A stretch of DNA of 61,663 nucleotides, counting the filler. It is 6 parts of 6 records of this genome, joined end to end, with 100 filler letters (N's around TTAATTAATTAA, not from the genome) between each part and the next. Parts side by side here need not be neighbours in the genome. Positions count along the whole stretch, not along the records: positions 25,865 to 50,596 come from SRR20825010_5276; 5 more parts are not named here. One strand, 5' to 3'. Made by a program: the position numbers and the translations under genes. Below the pieces are notes generated by a model. The model was not told the origin of the DNA. It was given only the letters and a program-made list of their open reading frames with translations, and ran no database searches. Of this stretch, positions 39,831 to 49,481 are shown in pieces. Position 1 is the stretch's first letter, and every line of letters starts with the position of its first letter.

Positions 39831-39911
39831 TCACGTTACGTTATAACATTGCAATAATCTCCTTGCAGCCATCGAGTGGGTTGTTCAAAGACATCGTTAA
39901 GGAGTCGAAAA

Positions 39912-40919
39912 ATGGCGAGTACAGGTAGTGTCAGCGCTTGGGACGAGGCGCTTCTAACCGCGATGATTCAGTACCCTGTTCCTGTGATTAAAGGGCCTGA
40001 AGATATTCAGGTACAAGTAGATCAAATTTGTCAGGCTGTAGCTTCTACCAAGGCTGGCTACCCGGATTTGGATCTGATTGTTTTTCCGGAATACTCCACG
40101 CAAGGGTTGAATACGGCAATCTGGACCTATGACGAAATGCTGTTGACCCTCGACAGCCCCGAGATCGGCCGGTTCAAGGAGGCGTGTAAAGAGAATGATG
40201 TGTGGGGTGTTTTTTCTTTGATGGAGAAGAATGAAGACCCTTCCAAAGCGCCTTATAACACGGCCATTATTATCAACAGTGATGGTGAAATCGCCCTTCA
40301 TTACCGCAAGTTGCAACCTTGGGTTCCCATCGAACCCTGGTCACCAGGCAACTTCGGTATGCCCGTCTGTGATGGCCCCAAAGGCTCCAAGCTGGCGGTA
40401 TGTATTTGCCACGACGGCATGTTCCCTGAGCTGGCTCGCGAAGCAGCCTACAAGGGTGCGAACGTTTATATCCGGATTTCTGGCTATTCAACGCAAGTGA
40501 ATGATCAGTGGATATGGACTAATCGAACAAACGCCTGGCACAACCTGATGTACAGCATTTCTGTGAACCTGGCGGGTTATGACGGTGTTTTCTATTACTT
40601 TGGTGAAGGCACGGTGTGCAACTACGACGGTAACGTTATTCAGCAAGGTCATCGAAACCCTTGGGAAATCGTCACAGCGGAACTGTTCCCGCGTTTGGTT
40701 GACAAGGCCCGGGAGAACTGGGCGTTGGAGAACAATATTTTCAACCTGGGGTGCCGTGCTTACGTGGGAGAACCTGGTGGAAGTAAGGAAAACTACCTGA
40801 CATGGGTTAAAGATTTAGCTGAAGGGAACTACAAACTACCCTGGGATGACAAGGTGAAAATCCGTGATGGCTGGAAATATTATCCGGATGGCGTCAAGTT
40901 AGGTCCAATGCCGAAATAA
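39912..40919 (+). CDS. amiF: Formamidase (nitrilase superfamily)
   Basis: [52 protein letters not shown] and [22 protein letters not shown]. Confidence 0.92.
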   Translation: MASTGSVSAWDEALLTAMIQYPVPVIKGPEDIQVQVDQICQAVASTKAGYPDLDLIVFPEYSTQGLNTAIWTYDEMLLTLDSPEIGRFKEACKENDVWGVFSLMEKNEDPSKAPYNTAIIINSDGEIALHYRKLQPWVPIEPWSPGNFGMPVCDGPKGSKLAVCICHDGMFPELAREAAYKGANVYIRISGYSTQVNDQWIWTNRTNAWHNLMYSISVNLAGYDGVFYYFGEGTVCNYDGNVIQQGHRNPWEIVTAELFPRLVDKARENWALENNIFNLGCRAYVGEPGGSKENYLTWVKDLAEGNYKLPWDDKVKIRDGWKYYPDGVKLGPMPK

Positions 40920-40946
40920 TATTTATTTAAAATCATTGCGTTAGCT

Positions 40947-40976
40947 GCACACCTACGTTATTTGACGTAGGTGTGC
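40947..40976. promoter_or_regulatory. Palindromic operator, copy 3 (upstream of fmdA), with extended arms
   Basis: GCACACCTACGT-TATTTG-ACGTAGGTGTGC; core CTACGTTATTTGACGTAG. Confidence 0.65.
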
Positions 40977-41071
40977 TGTGCTATTAACTCATGGTTGTCC
41001 TCAAAGCTTTCATCAATAGTGATCATGTTGATGCCCACTCGACCTAAATGATTCGCTGAGGAGCTTTGATC

Positions 41072-42301
41072 ATGGCTGAAACGATTATCAAGATTGACCT
41101 GAAACAGTCGCCTTACGAAAACGAAAATGTTCACAATCGCTGGCACCCAGATATTCCCATGGCCAAGATGGTGAAGCCTGGAGATGATTTTATTCTGGAA
41201 TGCCATGACTGGACCGGTGGCCAGATCGAAAATAACGATAGTGCGGATGATGTCCGTGATGTTGACCTGACGCAGGTACACTTCTTGACCGGCCCTGTGG
41301 GTGTGGAGGGGGCTGAACCCGGAGATCTTCTGGTCGTCGATATTCTTGATATTGGCACTTTTGAGGAAAGCCAGTGGGGTTTCAATGGTTTCTTTTCCAA
41401 ACAAAATGGTGGTGGTTTTCTCACCGAGCATTTCCCGGAAGCGCAGAAATCCATCTGGGATTTCAATGGCATGTTTACCAAGTCACGCCATATCCCCAAT
41501 GTGGAATTTGCTGGGCTGATTCACCCGGGTTTGATTGGTTGTCTGCCGTCCAAGGAAATGCTGGATGAGTGGAACACCCGAGAGAAAGAGCTTTACGATA
41601 CTGAGCCGGACCGTGTTCCAGGGTTGGCTAATCTGCCTTATGCCGACACAGCCCATATGGGTAAGTTAAGTGGTGAAAAGAAGGCCAAAGCTGCTGCCGA
41701 AGGCGCTCGTACGGTGCCACCCCGTGAGCATGGAGGTAACTGTGATATTAAAGACTTGTCCAGGGGCTCGCAGGTTTACTTTCCCGTTTATGTAAAGGAT
41801 GCAGGTCTTTCTGTAGGGGATCTGCATTTTAGCCAGGGCGATGGTGAAATTACGTTCTGTGGTGCCATCGAGATGGCAGGATGGATCCATTTGCGGGTGA
41901 ATATCATTAAAGGGGGGATGGAAAAGTACGGTATTAAAAATCCTATTTTCAAGCCCAGCCCCATGGCGCCCAAGTACGATGATTACCTGATTTTTGAGGG
42001 CATCTCTGTCGACGAGCAAGGAAAGCAACATTATTTGGACGTACATGTGGCTTATCGTCAAGCCTGCCTTAATGCCATTGAATACCTGAAGAAATTTGGC
42101 TACACGGGAGCCCAGGCTTATGCCTTGCTTGGTTGCGCGCCTGTGCAGGGGCATATTAGTGGCGTGGTGGATGTGCCAAATGCTTGTGCCACGCTCTGGC
42201 TGCCCACGGATATTTTCGATTTTGATATCAAGCCGGGAATGGACGGGCCGCAGCACAGTGTGGCGGGTAGCGTTGATGTTCCTTTATCCAAAGACAAGTA
42301 A
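41072..42301 (+). CDS. fmdA: Formamidase, acetamidase/formamidase (FmdA) family
   Basis: HNRWHPDIP, DWTGGQI, HPGLIGC, PPREHGGNCDIK, GDLHFSQGDGEI and SGVVDVPNACAT. Confidence 0.95.
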   Translation: MAETIIKIDLKQSPYENENVHNRWHPDIPMAKMVKPGDDFILECHDWTGGQIENNDSADDVRDVDLTQVHFLTGPVGVEGAEPGDLLVVDILDIGTFEESQWGFNGFFSKQNGGGFLTEHFPEAQKSIWDFNGMFTKSRHIPNVEFAGLIHPGLIGCLPSKEMLDEWNTREKELYDTEPDRVPGLANLPYADTAHMGKLSGEKKAKAAAEGARTVPPREHGGNCDIKDLSRGSQVYFPVYVKDAGLSVGDLHFSQGDGEITFCGAIEMAGWIHLRVNIIKGGMEKYGIKNPIFKPSPMAPKYDDYLIFEGISVDEQGKQHYLDVHVAYRQACLNAIEYLKKFGYTGAQAYALLGCAPVQGHISGVVDVPNACATLWLPTDIFDFDIKPGMDGPQHSVAGSVDVPLSKDK

Positions 42302-42316
42302 CCACAGGAGCTGATC

Positions 42317-42646
42317 ATGCCGCTTTATGACTACAAATGTGTTGATCACGGCTTGTTCCATGACCTGGTTCCCATGCAGGCTTCAGGTGAGTGTGCGATG
42401 TGCCCTACCTGTGGTGCCCTGTCGCCAAGGGTGATCATGGTGCCACCTGAAATGCTGGATATGGCCCCGGAAAAGCGCCAGGCCATTGAACGTAATGAGA
42501 AGGCGATGCATGAACCTCGTCATGGCAATCAGCATTCAGAAAAAGAGCAGGGTTGTTGTCATCACAAGCGTAAATCCAAGCTTTTTTACACTGCGGAGGG
42601 TAACAAGATGTTCCCCTCGGCACGGCCCTGGATGATCAGCCACTAA
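42317..42646 (+). CDS. fmdB: FmdB-family zinc-ribbon protein
   Basis: MPLYDYKCVDHG...CPTCG and C-terminal RPWMISH; follows fmdA. Confidence 0.9.
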   Translation: MPLYDYKCVDHGLFHDLVPMQASGECAMCPTCGALSPRVIMVPPEMLDMAPEKRQAIERNEKAMHEPRHGNQHSEKEQGCCHHKRKSKLFYTAEGNKMFPSARPWMISH

Positions 42647-42685
42647 CTTTTTCAGGGTAACTACGGCAGTAAACATTCCCTTGTG

Positions 42686-42711
42686 GGGCCGCATGAAGCG
42701 GCCCTTTTTTT
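42686..42711 (+). terminator. Rho-independent terminator after fmdB
   Basis: GGGCCGC-ATGAA-GCGGCCC followed by TTTTTTT. Confidence 0.8.
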
Positions 42712-42748
42712 ATGCCGGGACGCGGTATTAAGTGATGAGTGTTTCTGG

Positions 42749-43756
42749 TTACTGCAAGCGATCCAGTGCGGCTGCCCGCTGTTGCTCGCTGGCGGAAAAG
42801 AGCTGGCGCCGCAGGGCATCCAATTGCTTTTGTTTGTCGTCACTGCTCAGGGCAGCGTTATGGATCTGGTCTCGCTGTAGCGTGTAATCCTGATAACGGT
42901 GTTGCCAGGCCTGCCGCTCTGCCGCCAGTGCCTGCAGACGCAGGGCGGCGGCATCGCCGAATTGCAGCTGCCGGAATGCATATAGCTCCTCGGTACTGGC
43001 TCCCTCTTGTTTCATCGACTGTTCCCGGGCCTCAAGGTGCTGCAGGTCATATTGCCGCTGGTATTGCTTTGCCAGCGTCTCCGGAAGGGTGTTGCGAAGG
43101 GCTCTCAGGGCTGTCGCCTTTTCCTCATCGGAACGGTCTGACGTCATGATGTCGTGTCGATTCAGACTGAATTGATCATAACGGTCTTCATCCGCGAACA
43201 GGGCGTTGGCGGTATCGGCGCCCAGGGTATCGGCGCGCAGTTGCTGGCGCTGTTGCAGCTTGCGGCGGATATCGTTGTCGCCATGACCTGCATAGCGGGC
43301 GGCGTAATCGCCGCTGGCAAACTTGCTGCGGTAATGCTGATAACGTTCGAGCAGGGCCAGCAAGTCGGCAGCGGCGGTGGCCCCCGCGTTATGCTCTGCC
43401 CACTGTGCCAGCGCTTTTCGGATCGCCGTGTCCGGCACTTCCCCATTCAAGGCAAGAAAATAATCCATGATGGCCTTGCTGTTACTGTCTACGATCAGGT
43501 GCCCCCGGGCATCGGTCATCAGGTTGCCGGGCACCTGTGTGCCGGCCAGCGATGTATTGGCCAGCGTGTCGGCCAGCGTCGGTTTAATGATGCGCGCTGT
43601 TGCGATGTCGAGCCCGCGGGAATGGTTCGTTTGAGCATCGGTTTGATGCGGTACCGGCTGTGCGTGGTGCTGGGGCACTGGAATACGTTTGAGCCCCCAG
43701 AATACCCCGGTGGCCAATACAAAGACGGTGGCCAGAAGTGCCAGTGTGCGTGTCAT
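42749..43756 (-). CDS. Lipase-specific foldase (lipase chaperone)
   Basis: N-terminal TM helix, SLAGTQVPGNL, KAIMDYFLALNGE (variant of RxxFDYFLS) and a helical C-terminus; downstream of a lipase. Confidence 0.88.
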   Translation of the reverse strand: MTRTLALLATVFVLATGVFWGLKRIPVPQHHAQPVPHQTDAQTNHSRGLDIATARIIKPTLADTLANTSLAGTQVPGNLMTDARGHLIVDSNSKAIMDYFLALNGEVPDTAIRKALAQWAEHNAGATAAADLLALLERYQHYRSKFASGDYAARYAGHGDNDIRRKLQQRQQLRADTLGADTANALFADEDRYDQFSLNRHDIMTSDRSDEEKATALRALRNTLPETLAKQYQRQYDLQHLEAREQSMKQEGASTEELYAFRQLQFGDAAALRLQALAAERQAWQHRYQDYTLQRDQIHNAALSSDDKQKQLDALRRQLFSASEQQRAAALDRLQ

Positions 43757-43814
43757 GGTCTTGTCTCGATCCGGATTGCCCCGCAGGGAAGTGGTCCCTG
43801 CGGGGAGGGTTGTG

Positions 43815-44771
43815 TTACAGGCCAGCGTTTTTCAGGCGGTTGGCCTGGTTGCGGTATAACGTCTTCGGGTCGGTTTCCCAGCCCATCAGCCCGAACAGCT
43901 GTCGGATGGCATCCGCGTGGTTGTGGCGATAGTTATGACGGATGGGTTTGCCCAGGTACATACCGCACAGGGGCAATACGCCGTCGTGTTTGACGCCGGA
44001 GGGGAAGGCAAACTGTGTGACGGTGACCAGCAGGCTGTCGAAGGGGTCGAACAGGTTTGTGTGCACGCCGGTTCCGCCCCAGGACCAGTAGCGCACACCA
44101 TTGACGGAATGCTGGCCGCTGGTGCCACAGGCAGAGCTGGGCATGGCCTGGGGGTAGCGCTGATTGAACGCGACCATGCCTGCGGTGGTGGAGTCGGCGA
44201 GTACTGCCGTGGCGGACTGGTCATTGGCATTGGGGCCGCCGGACGCCATTTCCCACAAGGCGCCAAAACCTCCGGCGATCATGTCGGCCAGCCCTTCCGA
44301 TACGCTGCCTTCGGGCAGTACTCCACGAATGATATCGGCAACCCGGGTGCCGCGGTTTTCACCGTGCACGGAGGTTACCGACGCCACCAGATCGGGGCGC
44401 ACTGCTGCCACATAGCGGGCGGTGGGGGCGCCTTGTGAGTGAGCGATCAGGTTGGCTTTCTGCGCGCCGGTGACGGCCAGGTAGTTTTCGATCTGGGTAA
44501 TCAGTTCTTCACCACGGTATTCATTGCTTTGCAGGGCACTGACGTTGCTTTCGTATACATCCGCACCGTAGTCGCGCATGTCATCGGCGATGCCGTAGAA
44601 ATAATCGATACCGGCAATGTCATCGAACGCGATGATGCCGCCCACCAGAACGATGGGGTAGCGGGTGTCGGCGTAGCGTGTGTCTTTTCCGAACCAGGAC
44701 CAGGCATGGGCCTGGCTGGTGCTCAATATCAGAGCGGTGACCATGAACAGGCCACGGGCGATGATCGACAT
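43815..44771 (-). CDS. Secreted triacylglycerol lipase, Pseudomonas family I-like, with variant motifs
   Basis: Signal peptide; YADTRYPIVLV, nucleophile AHSQG, VASVTSV, DPFD, HDGV and YRHNHAD. Confidence 0.88.
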   Translation of the reverse strand: MSIIARGLFMVTALILSTSQAHAWSWFGKDTRYADTRYPIVLVGGIIAFDDIAGIDYFYGIADDMRDYGADVYESNVSALQSNEYRGEELITQIENYLAVTGAQKANLIAHSQGAPTARYVAAVRPDLVASVTSVHGENRGTRVADIIRGVLPEGSVSEGLADMIAGGFGALWEMASGGPNANDQSATAVLADSTTAGMVAFNQRYPQAMPSSACGTSGQHSVNGVRYWSWGGTGVHTNLFDPFDSLLVTVTQFAFPSGVKHDGVLPLCGMYLGKPIRHNYRHNHADAIRQLFGLMGWETDPKTLYRNQANRLKNAGL

Positions 44772-44980
44772 GATTTTCTCCTATTTATTAGATGGCAGCC
44801 GGCGCCATGGCTGCGGGTTTTTGTGTCGACGACTGGACTATATGAAGGTTTGGTGATACTGACTTGTAGGAATGGGGCGTGGTTGAATCTGGATTTTCTC
44901 GCCCTGTGACGGGATTCACAGGCGGGGCTTTTTCGGCGCGGTTTGTCCTGGAAGGCTGTTTTTCGGTCGAGAATAATAAT

Positions 44981-45808
44981 ATGAACGACAAAAATAATAA
45001 CGCGAACGGGCAAGGCGTAATGCCGCCTTCCACGCTGTATTTGTGGCGTTTAAGGACGCTCTACGTTGGTTATCTCGAGCGACGCATTACCTTTTCCGCC
45101 GGGGCGCATACCTTTTTGCTCGGTTTGGAAGATGATGTGTTGTTAGAGGTGAACGGCGAAACATTTCGTGCGCGAACGCTGCTGTTGCCTGCCGGCATTT
45201 CGTTTTCTGCTGATTCGCAGGGAAAACGGATAGGCTGCTGTTTTCTGGATCCTCTGGGCCGGGATTATTTGTTTCATCAGCGCCTGATGCAGCGGCACGA
45301 ATCCGGTTTTTACTCTGCTTCTGCGCTGCAGGACAAACAGTTGTCGGTATTAACGCAGGCGTATAGCGATAGCCTGGAGGCAGATCAGGTGTATGCATTG
45401 CTGGCGGATTTGCTTTTCCCCGCAGCGGATACGACTGTAGCGGGATTCATGCCGGATGCCCGCATTGCCCGTATTATTGAGCTGATTCGCTCTGACCCGG
45501 CGCAGAATTATTCCAATGAGGATCTTGCTCGCCAGGTGGGGTTGTCAGGCGCACGCCTGCAGCGTGTATTCAAGGAGGCTACGGGGATTCCCATTCGTCG
45601 TTATCGCCTGTGGCACCGCCTGTTTGTGACCTCAACGATGATGTCCATGGGCAGCTCGCTCACGGATGCGGCGCTGACGGCGGGGTTTTCCGATTCGTCG
45701 CATTTGTCCCATGTCTTTCAAAGCATGCTGGGTATGCCGCCATCCGCCATGCTCAGCCATTCGCGGCAAAACCGGGTGCTGGTCGGTGCCGGGGAGCCGG
45801 GAGAATAG
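44981..45808 (+). CDS. AraC-family transcriptional regulator, divergent from the lipase
   Basis: LARQVGLSGARLQRVFK...RRYRLWHR...LTDAALTAGFSDSSHLS; start uncertain (44981 or 45020). Confidence 0.88.
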   Translation: MNDKNNNANGQGVMPPSTLYLWRLRTLYVGYLERRITFSAGAHTFLLGLEDDVLLEVNGETFRARTLLLPAGISFSADSQGKRIGCCFLDPLGRDYLFHQRLMQRHESGFYSASALQDKQLSVLTQAYSDSLEADQVYALLADLLFPAADTTVAGFMPDARIARIIELIRSDPAQNYSNEDLARQVGLSGARLQRVFKEATGIPIRRYRLWHRLFVTSTMMSMGSSLTDAALTAGFSDSSHLSHVFQSMLGMPPSAMLSHSRQNRVLVGAGEPGE

Positions 45809-45901
45809 GCTCCTTAACTGGCATTCCGCTGAGCAGGCACTTCACCTTGGGGGCCCTTGCCGTTATGGTGCAGGGAATTTAAATGTTGGCAGTCCCTTCC
45901 C

Positions 45902-47254
45902 ATGCATATTCATATTCTCGGTATTTGCGGCACCTTCATGGGGTCGCTGGCGCAGCTGGCCAAGGCCCAGGGGCACCACGTCACCGGCAGTGACCAGAAT
46001 GTTTATCCGCCCATGAGTGATCAGCTGGCGGCTGCCGGTATCACCCTGACCCAGGGGTACGATCCGGCCCAGCTGGAGCCGGCGCCGGATCTGGTGGTGG
46101 TGGGTAATGCCTTGAGTCGGGGGAATCCGGCGGTGGAAGCGGTGCTGGATCGTGGCTTGCCGTATACCTCTGGGGCGCAGTTGCTGGAAGAAGTGGTGCT
46201 TCCCGGGCGCTGGGTGCTGGCGGTGTCCGGCACCCACGGCAAGACCACCACCAGTTCCATGCTGGCCTGGATTCTGGAATACGCGGGCTTAAATCCCGGT
46301 TACCTGATCGGCGGTGTGCCAGGTAATTTTGGTGTGTCTGCCCGGCTGGGCGAGACGCCTTTTTTTGTGGTGGAGGCGGACGAGTATGACACGGCATTTT
46401 TCGATAAGCGCAGCAAGTTTGTGCACTACCGCCCCCGTACAGTGATCCTCAATAATCTGGAATTTGATCACGCGGATATCTTTGCCGATCTGGGGGCTAT
46501 TCAGACCCAGTTTCATCATCTGATTCGCACAGTCCCGTCCACCGGACGGTTGATCCTGCCACACGGTGAAACCGCACTGGAGGAGACGCTGGATAAGGGA
46601 TGCTGGAGTGAAGTGGAGCGCTTTGGGGAAGATGAAGCGCTGGGCTTCCGGCTGGATCAGGACGACGGCTCGGTCTTTACCGTGCTGGAAAACGGTGAGC
46701 CAGTGGCCCAGGTGCGGTGGGACCAGACCGGTCGTCACAGCGTCAATAATGGCATGGCCGCGTTACTGGCGGCCCGGCATGTAGGGGTGACCCTGGCCGA
46801 TGGCGCGGCGGCGTTATCGGAATTTGTGGGAGTGAAGCGGCGCATGGAACTGCGCGGCGAGGTGGATGGCGTGCGGGTTTACGACGACTTTGCCCACCAT
46901 CCCACGGCTATTGCCACCACCCTGGATGGGCTGCGGCGCAAGGTGGGCGACGGCAAGATTCTCGCGATCATTGAGCCTCGCTCCAACACCATGCGTCTGG
47001 GAAATCACAAGGCGGCCTTGGCAGGCAGCACAGGTTGTGCCGATGAGGTAATCTGGTATCAGCCACCGGGCCTGGACTGGTCGCTGGATTCGGTTCTGAG
47101 CGAGTCGCCAGTGCCCGCATCGGTCAGTGAATCGCTGGATGAGATTGTGGCCAAAGTAGTGAGCCACAAGGGCGAGCCGTTGAATGTGGTGGTGATGAGC
47201 AACGGCGGGTTTGGCGGTATTCACCAGAAGCTGCTGGATGCGCTGGCTGAATAA
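45902..47254 (+). CDS. mpl: UDP-MurNAc:L-Ala-gamma-D-Glu-mDAP ligase
   Basis: MHIHILGICGTFMG, GTHGKTTT, EADEYDTAFFDKRSKF, DDFAHHPTAI and MSNGGFGG. Confidence 0.97.
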   Translation: MHIHILGICGTFMGSLAQLAKAQGHHVTGSDQNVYPPMSDQLAAAGITLTQGYDPAQLEPAPDLVVVGNALSRGNPAVEAVLDRGLPYTSGAQLLEEVVLPGRWVLAVSGTHGKTTTSSMLAWILEYAGLNPGYLIGGVPGNFGVSARLGETPFFVVEADEYDTAFFDKRSKFVHYRPRTVILNNLEFDHADIFADLGAIQTQFHHLIRTVPSTGRLILPHGETALEETLDKGCWSEVERFGEDEALGFRLDQDDGSVFTVLENGEPVAQVRWDQTGRHSVNNGMAALLAARHVGVTLADGAAALSEFVGVKRRMELRGEVDGVRVYDDFAHHPTAIATTLDGLRRKVGDGKILAIIEPRSNTMRLGNHKAALAGSTGCADEVIWYQPPGLDWSLDSVLSESPVPASVSESLDEIVAKVVSHKGEPLNVVVMSNGGFGGIHQKLLDALAE

Positions 47255-47415
47255 ACGCTTCACGCCACAAGCAGCAACGCGTTCTGGCTGTTCATGTTAT
47301 GAGTGGCCATGTCCGCGCCCTGACTTTATTCGCGGGGCCAGGTTTGTGAACAGTACAAGCTAATACGCGTTGTAGCTTGAAGCGTGTGGCGTGATGCGGT
47401 TTCAAGGAGGTTGCC

Positions 47416-47874
47416 ATGTTCTGGTCTGTACTCTGGGCTTCGGTCCATTACCTCAGCATTCTGATGTTGTTTGCTTGCCTGTATGGCGAGCTGTTGCTGT
47501 GGCGTACCGGTATCAATGAACGCAATATCCGTACGCTCTTGTGGCTGGATATCGGTTATGGTCTGTCGGCATTGATGGTGTTGATCAGTGGTCTGGCCCG
47601 GGCCGGCTGGACAGAAAAAGGCTGGGATTTTTATCTTGCGAACCCCTGGTTCCATGGCAAGGTCACGCTGTTTGTATTGATTGCCTTGCTGAGCTTGTAC
47701 CCCACTAAGGTGCTGCTGGGGTGGCGCAAATCGGTAAACGCCGGCCACGTGCCGGAAATTGATGACAAGCTGCAACGCAACCTGCGCGGCGTGCTGGTGG
47801 CGGAAATTCATTTGGTGATATTGATGCCGATTCTGGCTGCGATGATGGCCAGAGGTGTCGGGATGGGGTCATGA
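47416..47874 (+). CDS. DUF2214-like membrane protein
   Basis: Four TM helices; D..YG, EKG..FY..NP.FH.K, LS.YPT and AA.MARG.G. Confidence 0.8.
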   Translation: MFWSVLWASVHYLSILMLFACLYGELLLWRTGINERNIRTLLWLDIGYGLSALMVLISGLARAGWTEKGWDFYLANPWFHGKVTLFVLIALLSLYPTKVLLGWRKSVNAGHVPEIDDKLQRNLRGVLVAEIHLVILMPILAAMMARGVGMGS

Positions 47875-48473
47875 CGCAACGGGTTACGCTTGCTTTCACC
47901 GGCGCTTCCGGTGCGCCCTACGGGCTGCGTTTGCTGCAGTGCCTGCTGGAGGCGGAATGCGAGGTGTTTGTGCTGCTGTCCAAGGCTGCACGGGTGGTCA
48001 TCGGGACGGAAACCGAATTGAAGTTGCCGGCTGGCACCGGGCAGGCCGAGCAGGCTCTGCGTGAGTGGGTAAAGACCGACAAGGGACGGCTGGTCGTCTG
48101 CGGGCTGGAACAATGGACGGCTCCGGTGGCCTCCGGCAGTGGCGCGCCAGCGGCGATGGTGGTGTGTCCCTGTTCCACCGGAACCCTGTCCGCTATTGCC
48201 ACGGGCGCCAGTGATAACCTGATTGAGCGCGCTGCGGATGTGGCAATCAAGGAAGGGCGCAAGTTGATTCTGGTACCTCGCGAATCACCGTTTTCCGCCA
48301 TTCACCTGGAAAACATGCTCAAGCTTGCCCGCCTCGGTGTCACTATCATGCCGGCCGCGCCGGGCTTCTATCATCAGCCACAAAGCGTGGATGATCTGGT
48401 GGACTTTATGGTGGCCCGGTTGCTGGATCATCTTGGTGTGGAGCAAACCTTGGTGAAGCGTTGGGGGGAATGA
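47871..48473 (+). CDS. ubiX: Flavin prenyltransferase
   Basis: [33 protein letters not shown] and PGFY. Confidence 0.96.
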   Translation: MTQRVTLAFTGASGAPYGLRLLQCLLEAECEVFVLLSKAARVVIGTETELKLPAGTGQAEQALREWVKTDKGRLVVCGLEQWTAPVASGSGAPAAMVVCPCSTGTLSAIATGASDNLIERAADVAIKEGRKLILVPRESPFSAIHLENMLKLARLGVTIMPAAPGFYHQPQSVDDLVDFMVARLLDHLGVEQTLVKRWGE

Positions 48474-48522
48474 GTTGAGAGTACAAAGGTAAAACGCGCG
48501 CCAGGCATTCAATATTCCTGCG

Positions 48523-48566
48523 GCAAGAGGCCGCGCCCACAGCTTGGGCGCGGCCTCTTGCGTTTT
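48523..48566. terminator. 17-bp stem hairpin between convergent ubiX and the ZIP gene
   Basis: GCAAGAGGCCGCGCCCA-CAGCT-TGGGCGCGGCCTCTTGC followed by GTTTT. Confidence 0.75.
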
Positions 48567-48617
48567 AGCTCAGGGTAGCTGTTGTCGCGTTTCAACTTTT
48601 AACTTTGTACTTCCAAC

Positions 48618-49337
48618 TTACTGCACCAACAGGTGCCCCACCAGCCCCAGCGCAAAACCTGCCACCGCCCCTTGAGCGGGCATCCAGTGTTTTTCCAGGG
48701 GAACCTGCGGAGCAATGTCCTGGAAGGTGAGGTAAAGAATCCCGCCACTGGCAAACAACATGATGCCGCCGAGAATAAAGGGTTGTTCCACCAATACCTC
48801 GAAGCCTAACCAGGCGCTTAGTGGCCCCAGCAATGCCATGCCGGCAAAAGCCAGCACAATGCGGCTTTTGGATAGCGTATTACCATCACTGTTGTAGATT
48901 TCCCGGTAGGCGTTGAACCCTTCGGGCATGTTCTGCATGCCGATCAGGAAGGCGAGCAGGTAGGCCTGGCTGCCGCCGCTGGCCAGCGCCGCGCCCAGGG
49001 CGATGGCTTCAGGCACAAAATCCAGCAGCATGGCTAGTAGTTGCGACATGGCGCCGCCGCGTTTTGCCAGCGCCCGGTCGATCAGCATGAACACCAGCCC
49101 GCCACTGACAAAAAGCACGGTGGCGGAAAACGGGCTGTGGTGCTTGACGGCTTCGGGGACCAGCACCAGGGCCACGGCTGCGAGCAGAGCCCCGCCGCCG
49201 AAGGCAATTACGCCGTGGCGAACTTCCTGCTCCAGCCAGCTTCTGGCGATATGCTGCTGTACGCCGATCAGCGCGCCAACCGCCATGCTAAGGCCGGCGG
49301 CCAGGCTGAGGAGTAATGCCAGTGTTAATGGGCTCAC
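48618..49337 (-). CDS. ZIP/ZupT-like divalent metal transporter
   Basis: AFGGGALL, LVPEA, LDFVPEAIALG, QNMPEG and ASGGILYL..DIAP. Confidence 0.85.
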   Translation of the reverse strand: MSPLTLALLLSLAAGLSMAVGALIGVQQHIARSWLEQEVRHGVIAFGGGALLAAVALVLVPEAVKHHSPFSATVLFVSGGLVFMLIDRALAKRGGAMSQLLAMLLDFVPEAIALGAALASGGSQAYLLAFLIGMQNMPEGFNAYREIYNSDGNTLSKSRIVLAFAGMALLGPLSAWLGFEVLVEQPFILGGIMLFASGGILYLTFQDIAPQVPLEKHWMPAQGAVAGFALGLVGHLLVQ

Positions 49338-49481
49338 AGACCTTTCCCGTATAGTGAAGATGAGAGTTCGTCGTGGCAGGCCAAAACGGCCTGACAGGCC
49401 GCGCTGGATTGCACGTTAAACAGTAAAGACTGGTCGGGAGGGGATCAACTACCGGCGGTGGCAGGGGCACCGCCGGCATGG

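Noticed and set aside
40947-40976. Inverted repeat after amiF as a plain terminator
   Set aside because: There is no U-tract and its core matches the operator found at two other promoters; a dual role is not excluded.
49338-49481. Metal-sensing riboswitch upstream of the ZIP transporter
   Set aside because: Only a simple hairpin after tonB is visible; I could not recognise yybP-ykoY or other conserved riboswitch motifs.
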